Origin: Thermoproteota archaeon | GTDB taxonomy: Archaea > Asgardarchaeota > Njordarchaeia > Njordarchaeales > Panguiarchaeaceae | Direction: 5' to 3' | Length of the DNA: 64,000 bases | Assembly (NCBI GenBank): GCA_024720975.1 | Contig: JANJXX010000002.1 | Span: 136,046-200,045, forward strand | Shown: positions 51,509-62,395 of the stretch, piece by piece | Layout: each line of letters opens with the position of its first letter | Position numbering within the stretch: the stretch's first letter is position 1 | Notes under the pieces: model-generated | Told to the model about the DNA's origin: nothing | What the model saw: only the letters and a program-made list of their open reading frames with translations | Databases searched by the model: none | Made by a program: the position numbers and the translations under genes

Positions 51509-52327
51509 GTGCTCTGTAGGGATATAATGCATTCCCCTCTGCTGATAGATAGGGACGAAAACATAGCAAAGGTCGTTGAACTACTTCATAAAAGAAAAGA
51601 AACTCATGCAATTGTGATAGATAAGGGAAGAGTTGTAGGTGTAGTATCTGTAAAGGATGTGCTTAAAACGATTCTTGATAGACTTCGATGGGGCTCACAA
51701 AGAGTTGGCAAACTTTACGTATCAGCTATAATGACGGAAAACCCTATATACGTAGATCCTGAAACTTCTGTGGTTGCTGCAGCAAGAGTGATGATTAATA
51801 ATGGCATAAGTTCGGTGCTAGTGGCTAAAGATCTAAGTAATGTAGAGTCCGTGGGAATACTTACTAAACGAGATATACTTATAAACTTCGAAAATCTCTA
51901 TGGCTCAAAGATCGCAGTCAGCGATGTAATGACAGGAAACCCCATTTTTGTAAATCCAGGTACGACTATAAAACACGCTGAGTGGATTCTTCGGGAAAAT
52001 AAGATATCAACTCTACCAGTCTTAGAGGAAGGTAAGCTTGTAGGATATTTGGATGCTAGAATCCTCGCATTAGAAATAGCATGGTCTTACCTTAAGGGCG
52101 ATATAAAACATACTAGAACCTTTATCGAAAATACAACAGTAGCTGACGTGATGGCGCCTCCGCACTTTATACAAAAAGATAGTAGTATACTTTCAGTAGT
52201 AGACTTACTAGTACGAAAAAATGTGAAGGGCACACCGGTACTTGAGAGCGAACGCTTAGAGTCAAAGCTTGTTGGGGTAGTCACCGAGACAGATATCGTT
52301 GGCTTACTCGTAAAAAGTTCGAAGTAG
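51509..52327 (+). CDS. Tandem CBS-domain protein (4 CBS)
   Basis: Repeated IM..P...V / VVGVVS..D / GILTKRD / VGVVTETD. Confidence 0.9.
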   Translation: MLCRDIMHSPLLIDRDENIAKVVELLHKRKETHAIVIDKGRVVGVVSVKDVLKTILDRLRWGSQRVGKLYVSAIMTENPIYVDPETSVVAAARVMINNGISSVLVAKDLSNVESVGILTKRDILINFENLYGSKIAVSDVMTGNPIFVNPGTTIKHAEWILRENKISTLPVLEEGKLVGYLDARILALEIAWSYLKGDIKHTRTFIENTTVADVMAPPHFIQKDSSILSVVDLLVRKNVKGTPVLESERLESKLVGVVTETDIVGLLVKSSK

Positions 52328-52444
52328 CTTCACACTTCTTGACAGTTATTTTCTTTTAAAATAATGCAAATGCTATTGTCTTAGAGAAATGCGATTTATT
52401 GCACTGAATATTCGTAAAATGTCTATAAAGTCAATGATCACCAG

Positions 52445-52630
52445 GTGAAAAATTTGAGCTCGAAAATACGCCTGCAAGACCCCATTGCCACAGAAGTTGT
52501 AGTAAATCGCGTACTAGGATATAAAGTATGTAGACGCTGTAATTCCAGAAACTCAATTGTTGCAACACAATGTCGTCGCTGTAAATCTAAGCAATTAAGA
52601 TTGAAGAAAATAAAAGTAGGCAAGAAGTAG
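52445..52630 (+). CDS. rpl40e: 50S ribosomal protein eL40
   Basis: [10 protein letters not shown]...[15 protein letters not shown]; no ubiquitin fusion. Confidence 0.92.
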   Translation: MKNLSSKIRLQDPIATEVVVNRVLGYKVCRRCNSRNSIVATQCRRCKSKQLRLKKIKVGKK

Positions 52631-52639
52631 GCGAGTCCT

Positions 52640-53041
52640 ATGAGTGTATATCATAAGCCAACTAAAAGAAAACCCTCTGGTGGAAAGAAAAGACCTACAA
52701 TGAAACATAAGAAAAAGTGTCATATTGGGCGCCCGCCGACATATACGGAAATAGCGCCTTACGACGAACGAAAAGTGATAAGAACGAAGGGAGGTGGGGT
52801 GAAAGTTCGTCTATACAAGGTTGCGTACGCAAATGTGCTAATAAAGTCCCAGAATACGTACAAGAAAGCTAAGGTACTTCGAGTTGTAGAGAATAAAGCA
52901 AATCGTGAGTTTAAGCGACGTAATATTATCTGCAAAGGTGCTATAATAGAAACCGAGATAGGTAACGCTATAGTCACATCTAGGCCTGGGCAGGATGGTG
53001 TCATAAACGCGATTCTAATCGAGAAAGGAGATGAAAAATGA
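52640..53041 (+). CDS. rps8e: 30S ribosomal protein eS8
   Basis: RKPSGGK, RTKGG, RRNIICKGAIIET, VTSRPGQDGVINA. Confidence 0.96.
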   Translation: MSVYHKPTKRKPSGGKKRPTMKHKKKCHIGRPPTYTEIAPYDERKVIRTKGGGVKVRLYKVAYANVLIKSQNTYKKAKVLRVVENKANREFKRRNIICKGAIIETEIGNAIVTSRPGQDGVINAILIEKGDEK

Positions 53042-53325
53042 GTAAGCTTGACTTCAGACAGATTAAGGGAGTCATTGTAAACTATAGAATCGGCTCTAAG
53101 GGTAGAAATACTCGGTGGCGACAAGTAATAATAAAGTTCGATCTGCCTTCAAACATTAAAATCGACGAACTTATAGGAAAAAAAGTTGAAGTACACTGGC
53201 GGGGTAAAGTTTTCAAAGGTAAACTCTATCGAAAACATGGCAAGTATTCGCTAAGAGCACTATTTGAAAAGTCTCTGCCTGGTCAAGTACTCTTGGGCCA
53301 ATACGATATTGTAGTCAAAGAATAG
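53038..53325 (+). CDS. rpl35ae: 50S ribosomal protein eL33 (L35Ae)
   Basis: KGVIVNYR.G, LIGKKV, GKLYRKHG, RALFEKSLPGQ. Confidence 0.9.
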   Translation: MSKLDFRQIKGVIVNYRIGSKGRNTRWRQVIIKFDLPSNIKIDELIGKKVEVHWRGKVFKGKLYRKHGKYSLRALFEKSLPGQVLLGQYDIVVKE

Positions 53326-53463
53326 TGATTATGAATTCATACAGTGTTCCTGAAAATGTATCCTCCAATTAATTAAAGTTGTATCTTTGTTGCAAAGAAG
53401 AAAGTCATAAGGCTTTATTAATAAAATAGATGATTTAAGAGTGTTTTCAATAGTTTCCTTACG

Positions 53464-54057
53464 GTGACCATATTGAGTACTCAACTGTTAAGAATAAAAA
53501 TGGTGCTCATCGGAGAGGGTGCTGTAGGCAAAACATCTATTGCAAGAGCTTACCTTGGACAGGCCTTTACCAGTGGTTATAAAGCTACCATTGGTGCTGA
53601 CTTCTACGTGAAGAGAGATGTTATCGAGGATGCAGTAATGGGAAAAGTCAATTGCGAATTTTTAATATGGGATCTGGCAGGACAAGTTCAATTCACACAA
53701 GTGAGGCCTCTATATTATAGAGGTGCTAGAGCGGCAATAGCCGTATTTGATATCACCAGAAAGGAAACATTCTATGCTCTCCCAAGTTGGATACACGAAT
53801 TTTGGAAAAATGCAGGTGGAGTATGGCCGCTCATTCTAGTCGGTAATAAAGCTGATTTAAGAGGACAACGTGAATGCGTACCACAATCTGTGGGTATGCT
53901 CTACGCGCAAAAACTATCGCAGATAATTGGTGTCGAGGTACCCTACGTTGAAACGTCCGCGCTGACAGGATATAATATTCGTGACGCTTTTCATAAGTTA
54001 GTTCTCGTTCTGCTTGCCTACTATAGAAAGAAGTTTCTGCAAAGAATGCAGAAATAA
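53464..54057 (+). CDS. Rab-like small GTPase (Ras superfamily)
   Basis: G1 GEGAVGKT, G2 ATIGADF, G3 WDLAGQ, YYRGA, G4 GNKAD, G5 ETSA. Confidence 0.93.
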   Translation: MTILSTQLLRIKMVLIGEGAVGKTSIARAYLGQAFTSGYKATIGADFYVKRDVIEDAVMGKVNCEFLIWDLAGQVQFTQVRPLYYRGARAAIAVFDITRKETFYALPSWIHEFWKNAGGVWPLILVGNKADLRGQRECVPQSVGMLYAQKLSQIIGVEVPYVETSALTGYNIRDAFHKLVLVLLAYYRKKFLQRMQK

Positions 54058-54397
54058 GAGAATGTTTCCTCCTGAAAATTCTTTCTAAATATTTATTAGC
54101 TCTCTTGGTAATTCTAAAAAGCCGAATGCTTACAAGTTGCAAGATATCTCCGAAATCACAGTTGTGCTTGCATGTTACTAAGATAAGCTTTAAGACGCTT
54201 GATAATCCATTTTTCGTTAGGTAAACTTTTATATAAAGCAAACGCAAATTAGGTCTTTTGGAAATTGTATTAGCATCGATTTGTTAATTTCCTTAGTCAA
54301 TGAAAATTTTGAATAGAAAATCTAGTATGGGAATAGTTTTAGTGTCAATATTTAAAACAAGCAACCAATTGAGTGAAGATGTGCTGTGGTGTAAGTT

Positions 54398-55819
54398 TTG
54401 AAAATACGCCTAACCAATGTCGCCGGTGTATACCTACTCATATCATTCTTTGGCTTTTATCTGTCGTTTTCGCTGTACCAACTTAGATATTTGTTATCAT
54501 TTTTAGCCTCTATAGGGATAAACGTAGGAGTCCTGTTTCCTAACATAGACGGAGCAATTTCGCTTGCACCCTGGCTGCTTGTTTTCTCAGGAATTTTGCT
54601 GTCAGCCTTTATTCTATCATATCTGCGTTTTAGTATGATAGCACGCTTTGCGTTATTAAGATTAGAAGCTAAGCGTGAAATATCAAGCGACAAAATCTTC
54701 CAGGGGGAGATGACGTCAGTCTGTGTTAAAATCCGCAATCCAACATTCTTTGATCTAGATAGGATCCTCATAGTGGATGTTGTTCCAGACACATTCGATA
54801 TCACCTTTGGAGAAAATTATGCTGACACTTTCATCCGAGCCGGTGGTCAAGCAGAGATGGCTTATGTGTTGAGAGCTGCCTCCAGAGGTGTCCATTTAAT
54901 TGGCCCATTAAACATCTTATTGAGGGATAAAATGCATTTTTTTGTTTCGTCTATTGAAATACCAATAATGTCCGAGGTAAGGGTCTTTCCGTCATATAGT
55001 GATATAAGGAGACTGGAAATAGCGCAAAAAAGCATGGGCGGATTTTTGCCGGGACAGCATACGATACTTAAAATAAAAGGAGCAGGGTACGATTTCCACC
55101 AACTACGTCAGTTTGATCATTCTGATCCGATAAAATTAATAGACTGGAAAGCATTTGCTAGGTTAGGTAAGTTGCTCGTTAGGGAATACTTGGGGGAGCG
55201 AATTATCAAACTTTACATCATTATCGATACAAGTTACACTATGGGTTATGGCTATAGACGCCTTACAAAGCTTGATTTTGCAACTAGAGCGGGTGCTCTA
55301 ATAGCATATCTAGCCAAGAGACTCCAGGACTTTTTTGGTGTGATGTTATTTAGCTCGACAGTCCACAATTTTGTTAAAGCAGCCCGTGGAAGAGGGCACT
55401 TTATGCGTGTTCTATCAGTACTAGCTGAGGCCGAACCAGAAGGCATAGCAAACCTTCCTGGAGCGATTAGATACCTCATTAGTCATGAACCCAGAAGCTG
55501 CTTTCTAATAATAATATCTGATCTTGAAAGTGATATTGGTGCCATTGTAGAGGGAGTCAAAATTGCGTTAGCTAATAAACTGAAGCCTACGATTATAGTT
55601 CCAATGTCGCCCTTTTTTGAGATACCTTCTCCAGGAAGCAGCTTTAAGCAAATGTTTCGAGACGCTGTTATGATTGAATATCTACGGCGAATAAATGCCA
55701 TCGCATCTAAGATAACCCAATATGGTGTAAAAGTTGCTCCAGTTTCGCCTCAGAACATTGTTTCGGTAGTTTTAGATAGTTACATTCGCGCGAAGCATCG
55801 ATTCATAGGTGCCATATGA
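54398..55819 (+). CDS. DUF58 (vWA-like) membrane-anchored protein
   Basis: 2 TM segments, Ig-like region, GAGYDFHQLRQF...IDWKAFAR...VREY, IDTSYTM, IISD. Confidence 0.88.
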   Translation: MKIRLTNVAGVYLLISFFGFYLSFSLYQLRYLLSFLASIGINVGVLFPNIDGAISLAPWLLVFSGILLSAFILSYLRFSMIARFALLRLEAKREISSDKIFQGEMTSVCVKIRNPTFFDLDRILIVDVVPDTFDITFGENYADTFIRAGGQAEMAYVLRAASRGVHLIGPLNILLRDKMHFFVSSIEIPIMSEVRVFPSYSDIRRLEIAQKSMGGFLPGQHTILKIKGAGYDFHQLRQFDHSDPIKLIDWKAFARLGKLLVREYLGERIIKLYIIIDTSYTMGYGYRRLTKLDFATRAGALIAYLAKRLQDFFGVMLFSSTVHNFVKAARGRGHFMRVLSVLAEAEPEGIANLPGAIRYLISHEPRSCFLIIISDLESDIGAIVEGVKIALANKLKPTIIVPMSPFFEIPSPGSSFKQMFRDAVMIEYLRRINAIASKITQYGVKVAPVSPQNIVSVVLDSYIRAKHRFIGAI

Positions 55820-56972
55820 ATTGCGTGAGTACTTAAAATTAATCGAAAAAACAAGAAGCTCCCTACTCTTTAAATATGTGTTATTCAAATGTCTCCTTGT
55901 GACATTTGTAATCTTATACTTCCTGTACATTTTTCAGATAATAGAATTTAGCATCTTATCAAAAGGACTTACAGCTCTACAATACGCAAAATTTGGGCTT
56001 ATATTGTTTGTATTCTCAGTGGTTTACATATTTATCTTATTCGCAGCGACTTTATCTAATGTTTACGACTATGAAATGATTCTCTTTACGTCGATTCTGA
56101 TCATGAGTACAATTCTTAAAGCTAACGCAGCGGATCTAAGTGAATTCTTCATGGGAGTATCTATTGGCATAAATCTAAAGGAATTGTTATTGATGATACT
56201 TGGACTCACTCTGTGGCTTTCCGTGTTATTCAGTATTAGTTTCATTGCAAAAGAACGAATTTCATATTTCATGTGGTCTCTCGTATTGATACTGATAAGC
56301 CTCATAAGTCTAAATGCGCTTGGGCATGCTAACATTGCCATCCCTGAGTGGCCTCCAGAGTCTCTAGCAGAACTTTTATCAAATCGTGTTTTAGTGATGT
56401 CGCTGCTAACTCTAGTTGATATTGAGATTTGTAGCAATCTTGCATTTATATCAACAATAACCAGTGAGAATATCAGGAAACTCGACCGAATATACAAAGC
56501 ATTGCATGAAATTTTTGCCGGTAAGACATTATCAGAGACCTCTTTGGACCGCAAAGAAATTATTGATACAGCGTCCAAATTAAAGTTTAGTCCTCTTGCA
56601 TTGATAATGCTGAGAGGTCAAAGTGGTATATATGCTCTAGAAGAGACGAGTGGGGAAGTGCTGAGTAAAGTCGCGGGCTTTCTCAAGTCCAGGAGTGCTC
56701 AAGACACCGATTTTATTAAAGCTGCCCTAGGACTCAAAGTAATTCCGCAATTTAGATTTGTGCTGCTATCAATAACTTCGAGTCTACTTCTGAAATTACC
56801 TCTCGCAGTGCTCTCAACGCTACTAGCGTACTACTTAGCAGCCGTACTAAGCAACTTATATCCAGAAGTAGTTGAGGTACGCACGCCGATGTTTTCGTTA
56901 GTTGTATTCTTGTTATTTGTACTAATATTTTATTTGTTAGGACTGGCGGTAACTAGAAGAATTACTAAATAG
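55809..56972 (+). CDS. Polytopic membrane protein
   Basis: Many TM segments; overlaps the DUF58 stop codon. Confidence 0.7.
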   Translation: MPYELREYLKLIEKTRSSLLFKYVLFKCLLVTFVILYFLYIFQIIEFSILSKGLTALQYAKFGLILFVFSVVYIFILFAATLSNVYDYEMILFTSILIMSTILKANAADLSEFFMGVSIGINLKELLLMILGLTLWLSVLFSISFIAKERISYFMWSLVLILISLISLNALGHANIAIPEWPPESLAELLSNRVLVMSLLTLVDIEICSNLAFISTITSENIRKLDRIYKALHEIFAGKTLSETSLDRKEIIDTASKLKFSPLALIMLRGQSGIYALEETSGEVLSKVAGFLKSRSAQDTDFIKAALGLKVIPQFRFVLLSITSSLLLKLPLAVLSTLLAYYLAAVLSNLYPEVVEVRTPMFSLVVFLLFVLIFYLLGLAVTRRITK

Positions 56973-57127
56973 ATTTCGTTAATGTATCTCAACTAGAGAT
57001 TTCTTTATATCGCCTTCAATTAACTAATAATTACAGCATAGGAAAGAGATTTTAGTATACATAGATGTTACTGAAAGAGTTCTAGCATATTGCAGTTAAA
57101 TGAAAAGCATATGATTAATTTAAGCTT

Positions 57128-59254
57128 GTGGTTGCGATGAATGTAAGCACAAATTTACTCGGTGTTGCATTATCCGAAGAGGAGATAATCACAGAATTTA
57201 AAAATTTCCTACTGAACTTCTCTACAATTGACGAGAAAGGCAAGCCAAGTTTTCCCTATCTTAATGTATTAGAGGCCATCTTTGACAGGCAGGTAAGAAG
57301 TATTAGTATATCCTATTCTGACTTAGTATTATTCAGTCCGCGATTGGCCAAGCTCCTTCTAGAGAGTCCTAGAGAGTCTCTAAAGATATTCGCGAAAGCT
57401 CTGCAGGAAGTGATAAAAGAACTCCATCCGGAGATCCCAGAGAAAATTTTAAGGACTTTTAGAATACGCATAAAAAATGTCGGTGGAGAAGTTCCTATTC
57501 GCGCTCTTTTCCTCAGTAGCTATGTTGGTAGAATTGTCGAATTTAGAGCATTAGTTGTTAGGGCAACGCAAGTCAAACAGTTCCTTAGAAGAGCATTATA
57601 TTTGTGCGATGTTTGCGGAAGGATGTTTCCATTCGAATCGCAGGAATTTTACACGAAGCCCAGAGCTTGTATATATCCAGATTGTAATAATAATAACCCC
57701 ACAAAGATAAGGCTCATGCCCGATGGACAAGAATTCGAAGAGTATCAAGAGTTAGTCGTGCAAGAACTTCCCGAGGAATTACCAGCTGGTAAGCTCCCTG
57801 AATCTTGCACCTTGATACTATATGGTGATCTTGTAGATAAAGTCAGGCCAGGTGATAGGATTAAAGTTACTGGTATTATCCTGACTGAACCTGAACGCAA
57901 ATTAATTGAAGGAAAAAGGCCATTATATAAAACATATGTTGAAGCCGTTCACTTAGAAAAAACTGAGACAGAAGAGGAGGAACTTAAATTAACGGAGGAA
58001 GAACTACAAGAAATCCTTGCCCTGAAGAATGATCCGGATCTGGAGAAAAAAATTTACGAAAGTATAGCTCCATCAATCCATGGTCTAAACTTTGTGAAGA
58101 AAGCGATAGCCGCCCAACTTTTCGGTGGAGTTCCGAAGGTCTATCCCGATGGTACACGGGTAAGGGGCGATATTCATATACTCCTGATAGGTGATCCAGG
58201 TACAGCAAAGTCACAACTCCTCAAATATGTTTCGATCCTGGCACCAAGGGCTATTTACACATCTGGCAAAGGTGCCTCAGCAGCTGGTTTAACAGCAGCT
58301 GTCGTAAAAACCGAGGATGGCTGGGCTTTAGAGGCAGGAGTTATGGTCCTAGCAGACAGGGGCGTAGCATGTATTGATGAATTCGATAAAATGCGAGAAG
58401 AGGATAGAAGAGCAATCCATGAAGCACTTGAACAACAAACGGTTTCAATAGCAAAAGCGGGTATAGTCGCTACCCTAAACGCGCGTACAAGTGTATTAGC
58501 TGCGGCAAATCCAAAATATGGTAGGTATTACCCCAATAGGGGACTTAAAGATAACATTGATCTTCCGCCACCAATTCTTTCAAGATTCGATTTAATATTC
58601 GTTATCAAAGATATGCCTAGTGAAGAGTACGATAAGGCACTGGCGGAGCACATTCTTAACATACACGGTAAATACAAAAGTCCTATTCCTCCAATCCCAC
58701 CAAAACTCTTCAAGAAATTGATTCTATATGCGCGAGAACACATAACTCCAAAATTGTCCAGAGAAGCCATGGAGAAATTGAAGGAGTTCTACCTAGAGAT
58801 GAGAAAGAGTGCTGGTAGGTTCCAGTCAGATAGCCTAGAAATGCACCCTGTACCTATAACTCCCAGACACTTAGAAGCACTTGTTAGACTAGCTGAAGCG
58901 CATGCTAGAATGCTTCTAAAAGAGGTAGCTGACGAGAAAGACGCTGACTTCGCCATTCATTTAATGGCAGAGAGTCTCAAACAAGTAGCGTACGATGTTG
59001 AATCCGGGGTTCTAGATGTTAGTGCAATTTACACTGGGGAAACCTTCAGCCAGAGATCCAGGTACATGATAGTTCTAGATACCATTAGAAAATTACAGAA
59101 TGAGTTCAGCGATGGGATACCAATAAATGAAATAATTCAAAGATGTGAGGCAAAAGGCATCCCAAGAGAGTTCGTGCTACAGGTTATACAAAAAGAAAAA
59201 ATGCGCGGGGAACTTTACGAGAAGAAGCCAGGTCACATTTTATTTGTTACATAG
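57128..59254 (+). CDS. mcm: Replicative helicase MCM
   Basis: Zn finger CDVC..C...C, QELPE, GDPGTAKSQ, IDEFDKM, SRFD, ITPRHLE; no intein. Confidence 0.97.
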   Translation: MVAMNVSTNLLGVALSEEEIITEFKNFLLNFSTIDEKGKPSFPYLNVLEAIFDRQVRSISISYSDLVLFSPRLAKLLLESPRESLKIFAKALQEVIKELHPEIPEKILRTFRIRIKNVGGEVPIRALFLSSYVGRIVEFRALVVRATQVKQFLRRALYLCDVCGRMFPFESQEFYTKPRACIYPDCNNNNPTKIRLMPDGQEFEEYQELVVQELPEELPAGKLPESCTLILYGDLVDKVRPGDRIKVTGIILTEPERKLIEGKRPLYKTYVEAVHLEKTETEEEELKLTEEELQEILALKNDPDLEKKIYESIAPSIHGLNFVKKAIAAQLFGGVPKVYPDGTRVRGDIHILLIGDPGTAKSQLLKYVSILAPRAIYTSGKGASAAGLTAAVVKTEDGWALEAGVMVLADRGVACIDEFDKMREEDRRAIHEALEQQTVSIAKAGIVATLNARTSVLAAANPKYGRYYPNRGLKDNIDLPPPILSRFDLIFVIKDMPSEEYDKALAEHILNIHGKYKSPIPPIPPKLFKKLILYAREHITPKLSREAMEKLKEFYLEMRKSAGRFQSDSLEMHPVPITPRHLEALVRLAEAHARMLLKEVADEKDADFAIHLMAESLKQVAYDVESGVLDVSAIYTGETFSQRSRYMIVLDTIRKLQNEFSDGIPINEIIQRCEAKGIPREFVLQVIQKEKMRGELYEKKPGHILFVT

Positions 59255-59427
59255 TTAACTACGTAGAAAAAAGCTCCTTCAAGTACTGTACCAAGTGAGT
59301 AGGTTAACCTAAGCTTCCATTATTATCATTTGTTTGCAGGTAAGTGAATAGGAAAATAATAATAAAAATTTCCTCTGATATTTTAGTATTAATCGGTTAG
59401 ACTGTATTCTCCGTATACTACTAATGG

Positions 59428-61326
59428 GTGCAGCTTTTGAGCGGCAAAGAGGAAAATAGTGCAGAGGAGGAATCTGAAGTTGATCAAGAACTTGAAGCAC
59501 TCGCAGAAGAAGTCATGAGAAAATACCTCGGAAGTGTAAGAGCTGATATACGCTCAAGGGCAATCGAATCGGATTTTGAGGAAATTGTCGCGGAAAAAAT
59601 AGAGATTCCTGAGGACATTCAAAGGGTATTAGAGGAAGTTCCTGCCGAGCGAATCTCACCTGCAGAAACAATGCGCGAACGAATAAATGAGACAATAGAG
59701 AAGTTAAACGAGCTAATAAAAAGCTCGAGAGAAAATCTAAAAGGGGTGATAGTGGAGCAATATACAAGAGTTCGAAAACACGTACGTGAAGTTGGCAGTA
59801 TGGTAGCACTTGCTGTTGTCAGCAAGATAGGTGCTCTACACTTAAGGCATAAGATTCAAGCAATATACAAAGATATAATTGAGAACGAACTAAAGACTAG
59901 AGAAAATCAGATAATTAAGGATACTCTAACTCCTCTAGAGTTATTCTTTAGGAACTTTATCCAGCATGTCAGTGAATTGTCAGAACATATATTAGGACTC
60001 AGAGAAGCATATGAAAAATGGTTAGTTGAATATGGAACTGTTCTCCGTGACTTCATAGAAGAAGAGAGCGGAGCAAGTGAGATCGAAGAGCTGCTGCAGA
60101 AAAACCAACAGCTCAAGAGCCAATTAGCAGGGCTTGAAAAAGACCTAGAGAAGTGTAGCTCAGAAAATCTGGAGCTAAGAATGAAAATAAACGAACTCGA
60201 GAGGCACTTAAGAGAAAAAACCGAAGAGTTAGCAGCGCAATTAAGAGCTGAATACGATAGCAAAATTGAAGGATATACTAAAGAAATAATGCATCTTCAA
60301 CAAAAACTCGCGGACAAGGAGAAGGAAATTAATGACTTAGTAAACAAGATGAGAGCATTAGAAAAAGAATTTCTAAAAATGCCAGGCCTTGAAGAACTAA
60401 AGAAAATATATGAGCAGCGTTTAGAGGAGAAAGATAAACTCATAGAACAGCTTAAATCAGAGCTTGATGCGCGTGTAGGGTCTAGAGAACTAGTAGACAA
60501 ATACAAGGAAGTCTACTCAAAGTACATTAGCCTATCCGAGGAAAATAGGCTGCTAAAAGGTGAAATAGAGGGCCTCAAAAAAGAGAACGATAAATTAAGA
60601 ACAGAAATCTCAAAACTAAAGGATAAGCTCTCGGAAGCTGCCAGCTTAGAGGAAATTCGCAGAGTCTACGAACAAAAATTATCGGAGAAAGAAACGGAAA
60701 TAACCGCATTAAAGAATAAGATTGTTGAACTTCAAGAATCTCTGGCAACCCTTGAGGGTCTTAGGAAAGAGTTTGAAGCAATAAAGGACCTAGTTGGAAA
60801 ACCAACCACAACGGTGTCGCCTGAAGTACCTATGGAAGGATATAAGCGGATACTAGAGGACCTCAAAAATGAAATCATAAGTCTTAGGGAGCAACTGGTA
60901 GAGCGCCAAAGGAAGGCAGCTGAATTGGAAGCAAAAGTCAAAGTATATGAGGATCAAATAAACTTACTGCAAGAACAGTTAATGGCATATAAGAGAGGCA
61001 TTTCGATATCAGACCAAGAGTTCACAGAACTGAAGAGGGAAAATCTAGCATTAAAAGAGCGTTTGCGTGTATTGGAAGAAAGGAGCAATGAACTTTCGCG
61101 CAATCTGGAGGCGGCTAGACGCGAACCCGAGGAACTTAAAAAAGTCTTGTCCGAAACTCCACTAGGACGGATATACCTCCAACTACGAACTCTTAGACGC
61201 GCTTCGATAGAATTCTTAGCGCGCGCTCTTGGAATGCCCCGTCCTGCAATTCTCAGAGAACTCCAAGTATTAGCTAAGATGGGCCTGGTAAAACTCACAG
61301 AAAATCAAGCAATATACCAGGGATAA
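59428..61326 (+). CDS. Long coiled-coil protein with C-terminal winged helix
   Basis: About 350 aa of heptad repeats; C-terminal PLGRIYLQL...SIEFLARALGM....LRELQVLAKMGLV; no Walker motifs. Confidence 0.75.
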   Translation: MQLLSGKEENSAEEESEVDQELEALAEEVMRKYLGSVRADIRSRAIESDFEEIVAEKIEIPEDIQRVLEEVPAERISPAETMRERINETIEKLNELIKSSRENLKGVIVEQYTRVRKHVREVGSMVALAVVSKIGALHLRHKIQAIYKDIIENELKTRENQIIKDTLTPLELFFRNFIQHVSELSEHILGLREAYEKWLVEYGTVLRDFIEEESGASEIEELLQKNQQLKSQLAGLEKDLEKCSSENLELRMKINELERHLREKTEELAAQLRAEYDSKIEGYTKEIMHLQQKLADKEKEINDLVNKMRALEKEFLKMPGLEELKKIYEQRLEEKDKLIEQLKSELDARVGSRELVDKYKEVYSKYISLSEENRLLKGEIEGLKKENDKLRTEISKLKDKLSEAASLEEIRRVYEQKLSEKETEITALKNKIVELQESLATLEGLRKEFEAIKDLVGKPTTTVSPEVPMEGYKRILEDLKNEIISLREQLVERQRKAAELEAKVKVYEDQINLLQEQLMAYKRGISISDQEFTELKRENLALKERLRVLEERSNELSRNLEAARREPEELKKVLSETPLGRIYLQLRTLRRASIEFLARALGMPRPAILRELQVLAKMGLVKLTENQAIYQG

Positions 61327-61527
61327 TGCAGCGTCGGTACAGGTGCGTCTATAGAATCCTAAAAGTTTTTTCTATGGAGTCATTAACCAACAGAGTGACT
61401 CTCCAAAACAACGGTTACTATCCTTCGAGTCTTTGAGTTATAAGCCACTACAGCATTTTAAAAAATTACCACGATTAAATAAAACTCTAGTAGAGTGCGT
61501 TGATGGATGATTTAGAGATTGAGTTAG

Positions 61528-62394
61528 ATGATCATAAAAACTAGGTGCGTAATACTCTGTATCTGGATACTACTAATACTTACTTTACCAGTACAAGATT
61601 ATAGGGTTAAAAGTGTAGAGCTGCAGTACCTAGGTGAATTCTTTAGAGGGGATGTCATTAAAATTACGGGACGGCTTTTAGTTATTGATAACAATACAGA
61701 AATTCCTATCTTCAATGCCGTAATTGAATTATTCGCTAATCTATCAGATGGAAAAACACTCTTCCTAGGATCAAATAAGACAAACGTCGATGGCCTCTTT
61801 TTGTTTAGCATCCGCATAGATCATAGATTCCCGACGGGCGAGGTGATATTCACTGCGTATTATCCCGGAGACGCACTCTTGGGATATGACTCCGTAAGGA
61901 TGTATTATAGGGCAATAATCAAACACCAGTCTTTAAACAATTTGGACTATGAAATAGGTCTCTTCATAGGAATACTCCTGCTAATCATGATGACACTTGG
62001 AACTATAATGGTCACGCTAAGGATCTCTAGACATGAGCAAAAAGCAGAAACTACCGCGGTCTGGATCGAAACATTGGATAATATGATAACTAGAGCCTCT
62101 AAAAAAGATTTTGGGTTTGTATTGTTATCCGGAAGCCTATTAGATTCATTATGTAAACGCTTTGGTAAGATCCCCCGACTCGACATGACTATCCAAGAAA
62201 AGTTAATGTTAATAAGGGAGCATCTATCAGAGAACGGTTTTAACATATTAAAGAACGTCGTTTCTCTTTATGAAATTCAACTTTTTGGTGGGCCCTACGC
62301 GAGAAATATCTTGATGACAACTCTTGACTACGCACTTTGGGCACATCTACTGAAAGTCCTGCGGGAAGAACTAGGTTATAAACAGGGTCGGTGA
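61528..62394 (+). CDS. Secreted Ig-like domain + TM + cytoplasmic helical (DUF4129-like) protein
   Basis: Signal-like N-terminus, ITGRL...TNVDG.F, YYPGD, TM segment, YE..LFGG. Confidence 0.6.
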   Translation: MIIKTRCVILCIWILLILTLPVQDYRVKSVELQYLGEFFRGDVIKITGRLLVIDNNTEIPIFNAVIELFANLSDGKTLFLGSNKTNVDGLFLFSIRIDHRFPTGEVIFTAYYPGDALLGYDSVRMYYRAIIKHQSLNNLDYEIGLFIGILLLIMMTLGTIMVTLRISRHEQKAETTAVWIETLDNMITRASKKDFGFVLLSGSLLDSLCKRFGKIPRLDMTIQEKLMLIREHLSENGFNILKNVVSLYEIQLFGGPYARNILMTTLDYALWAHLLKVLREELGYKQGR

Positions 62395-62395
62395 A

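Noticed and set aside
59428-61326. SMC/Rad50 call for the coiled-coil protein
   Set aside because: No Walker A/B, signature motif, hinge or zinc hook
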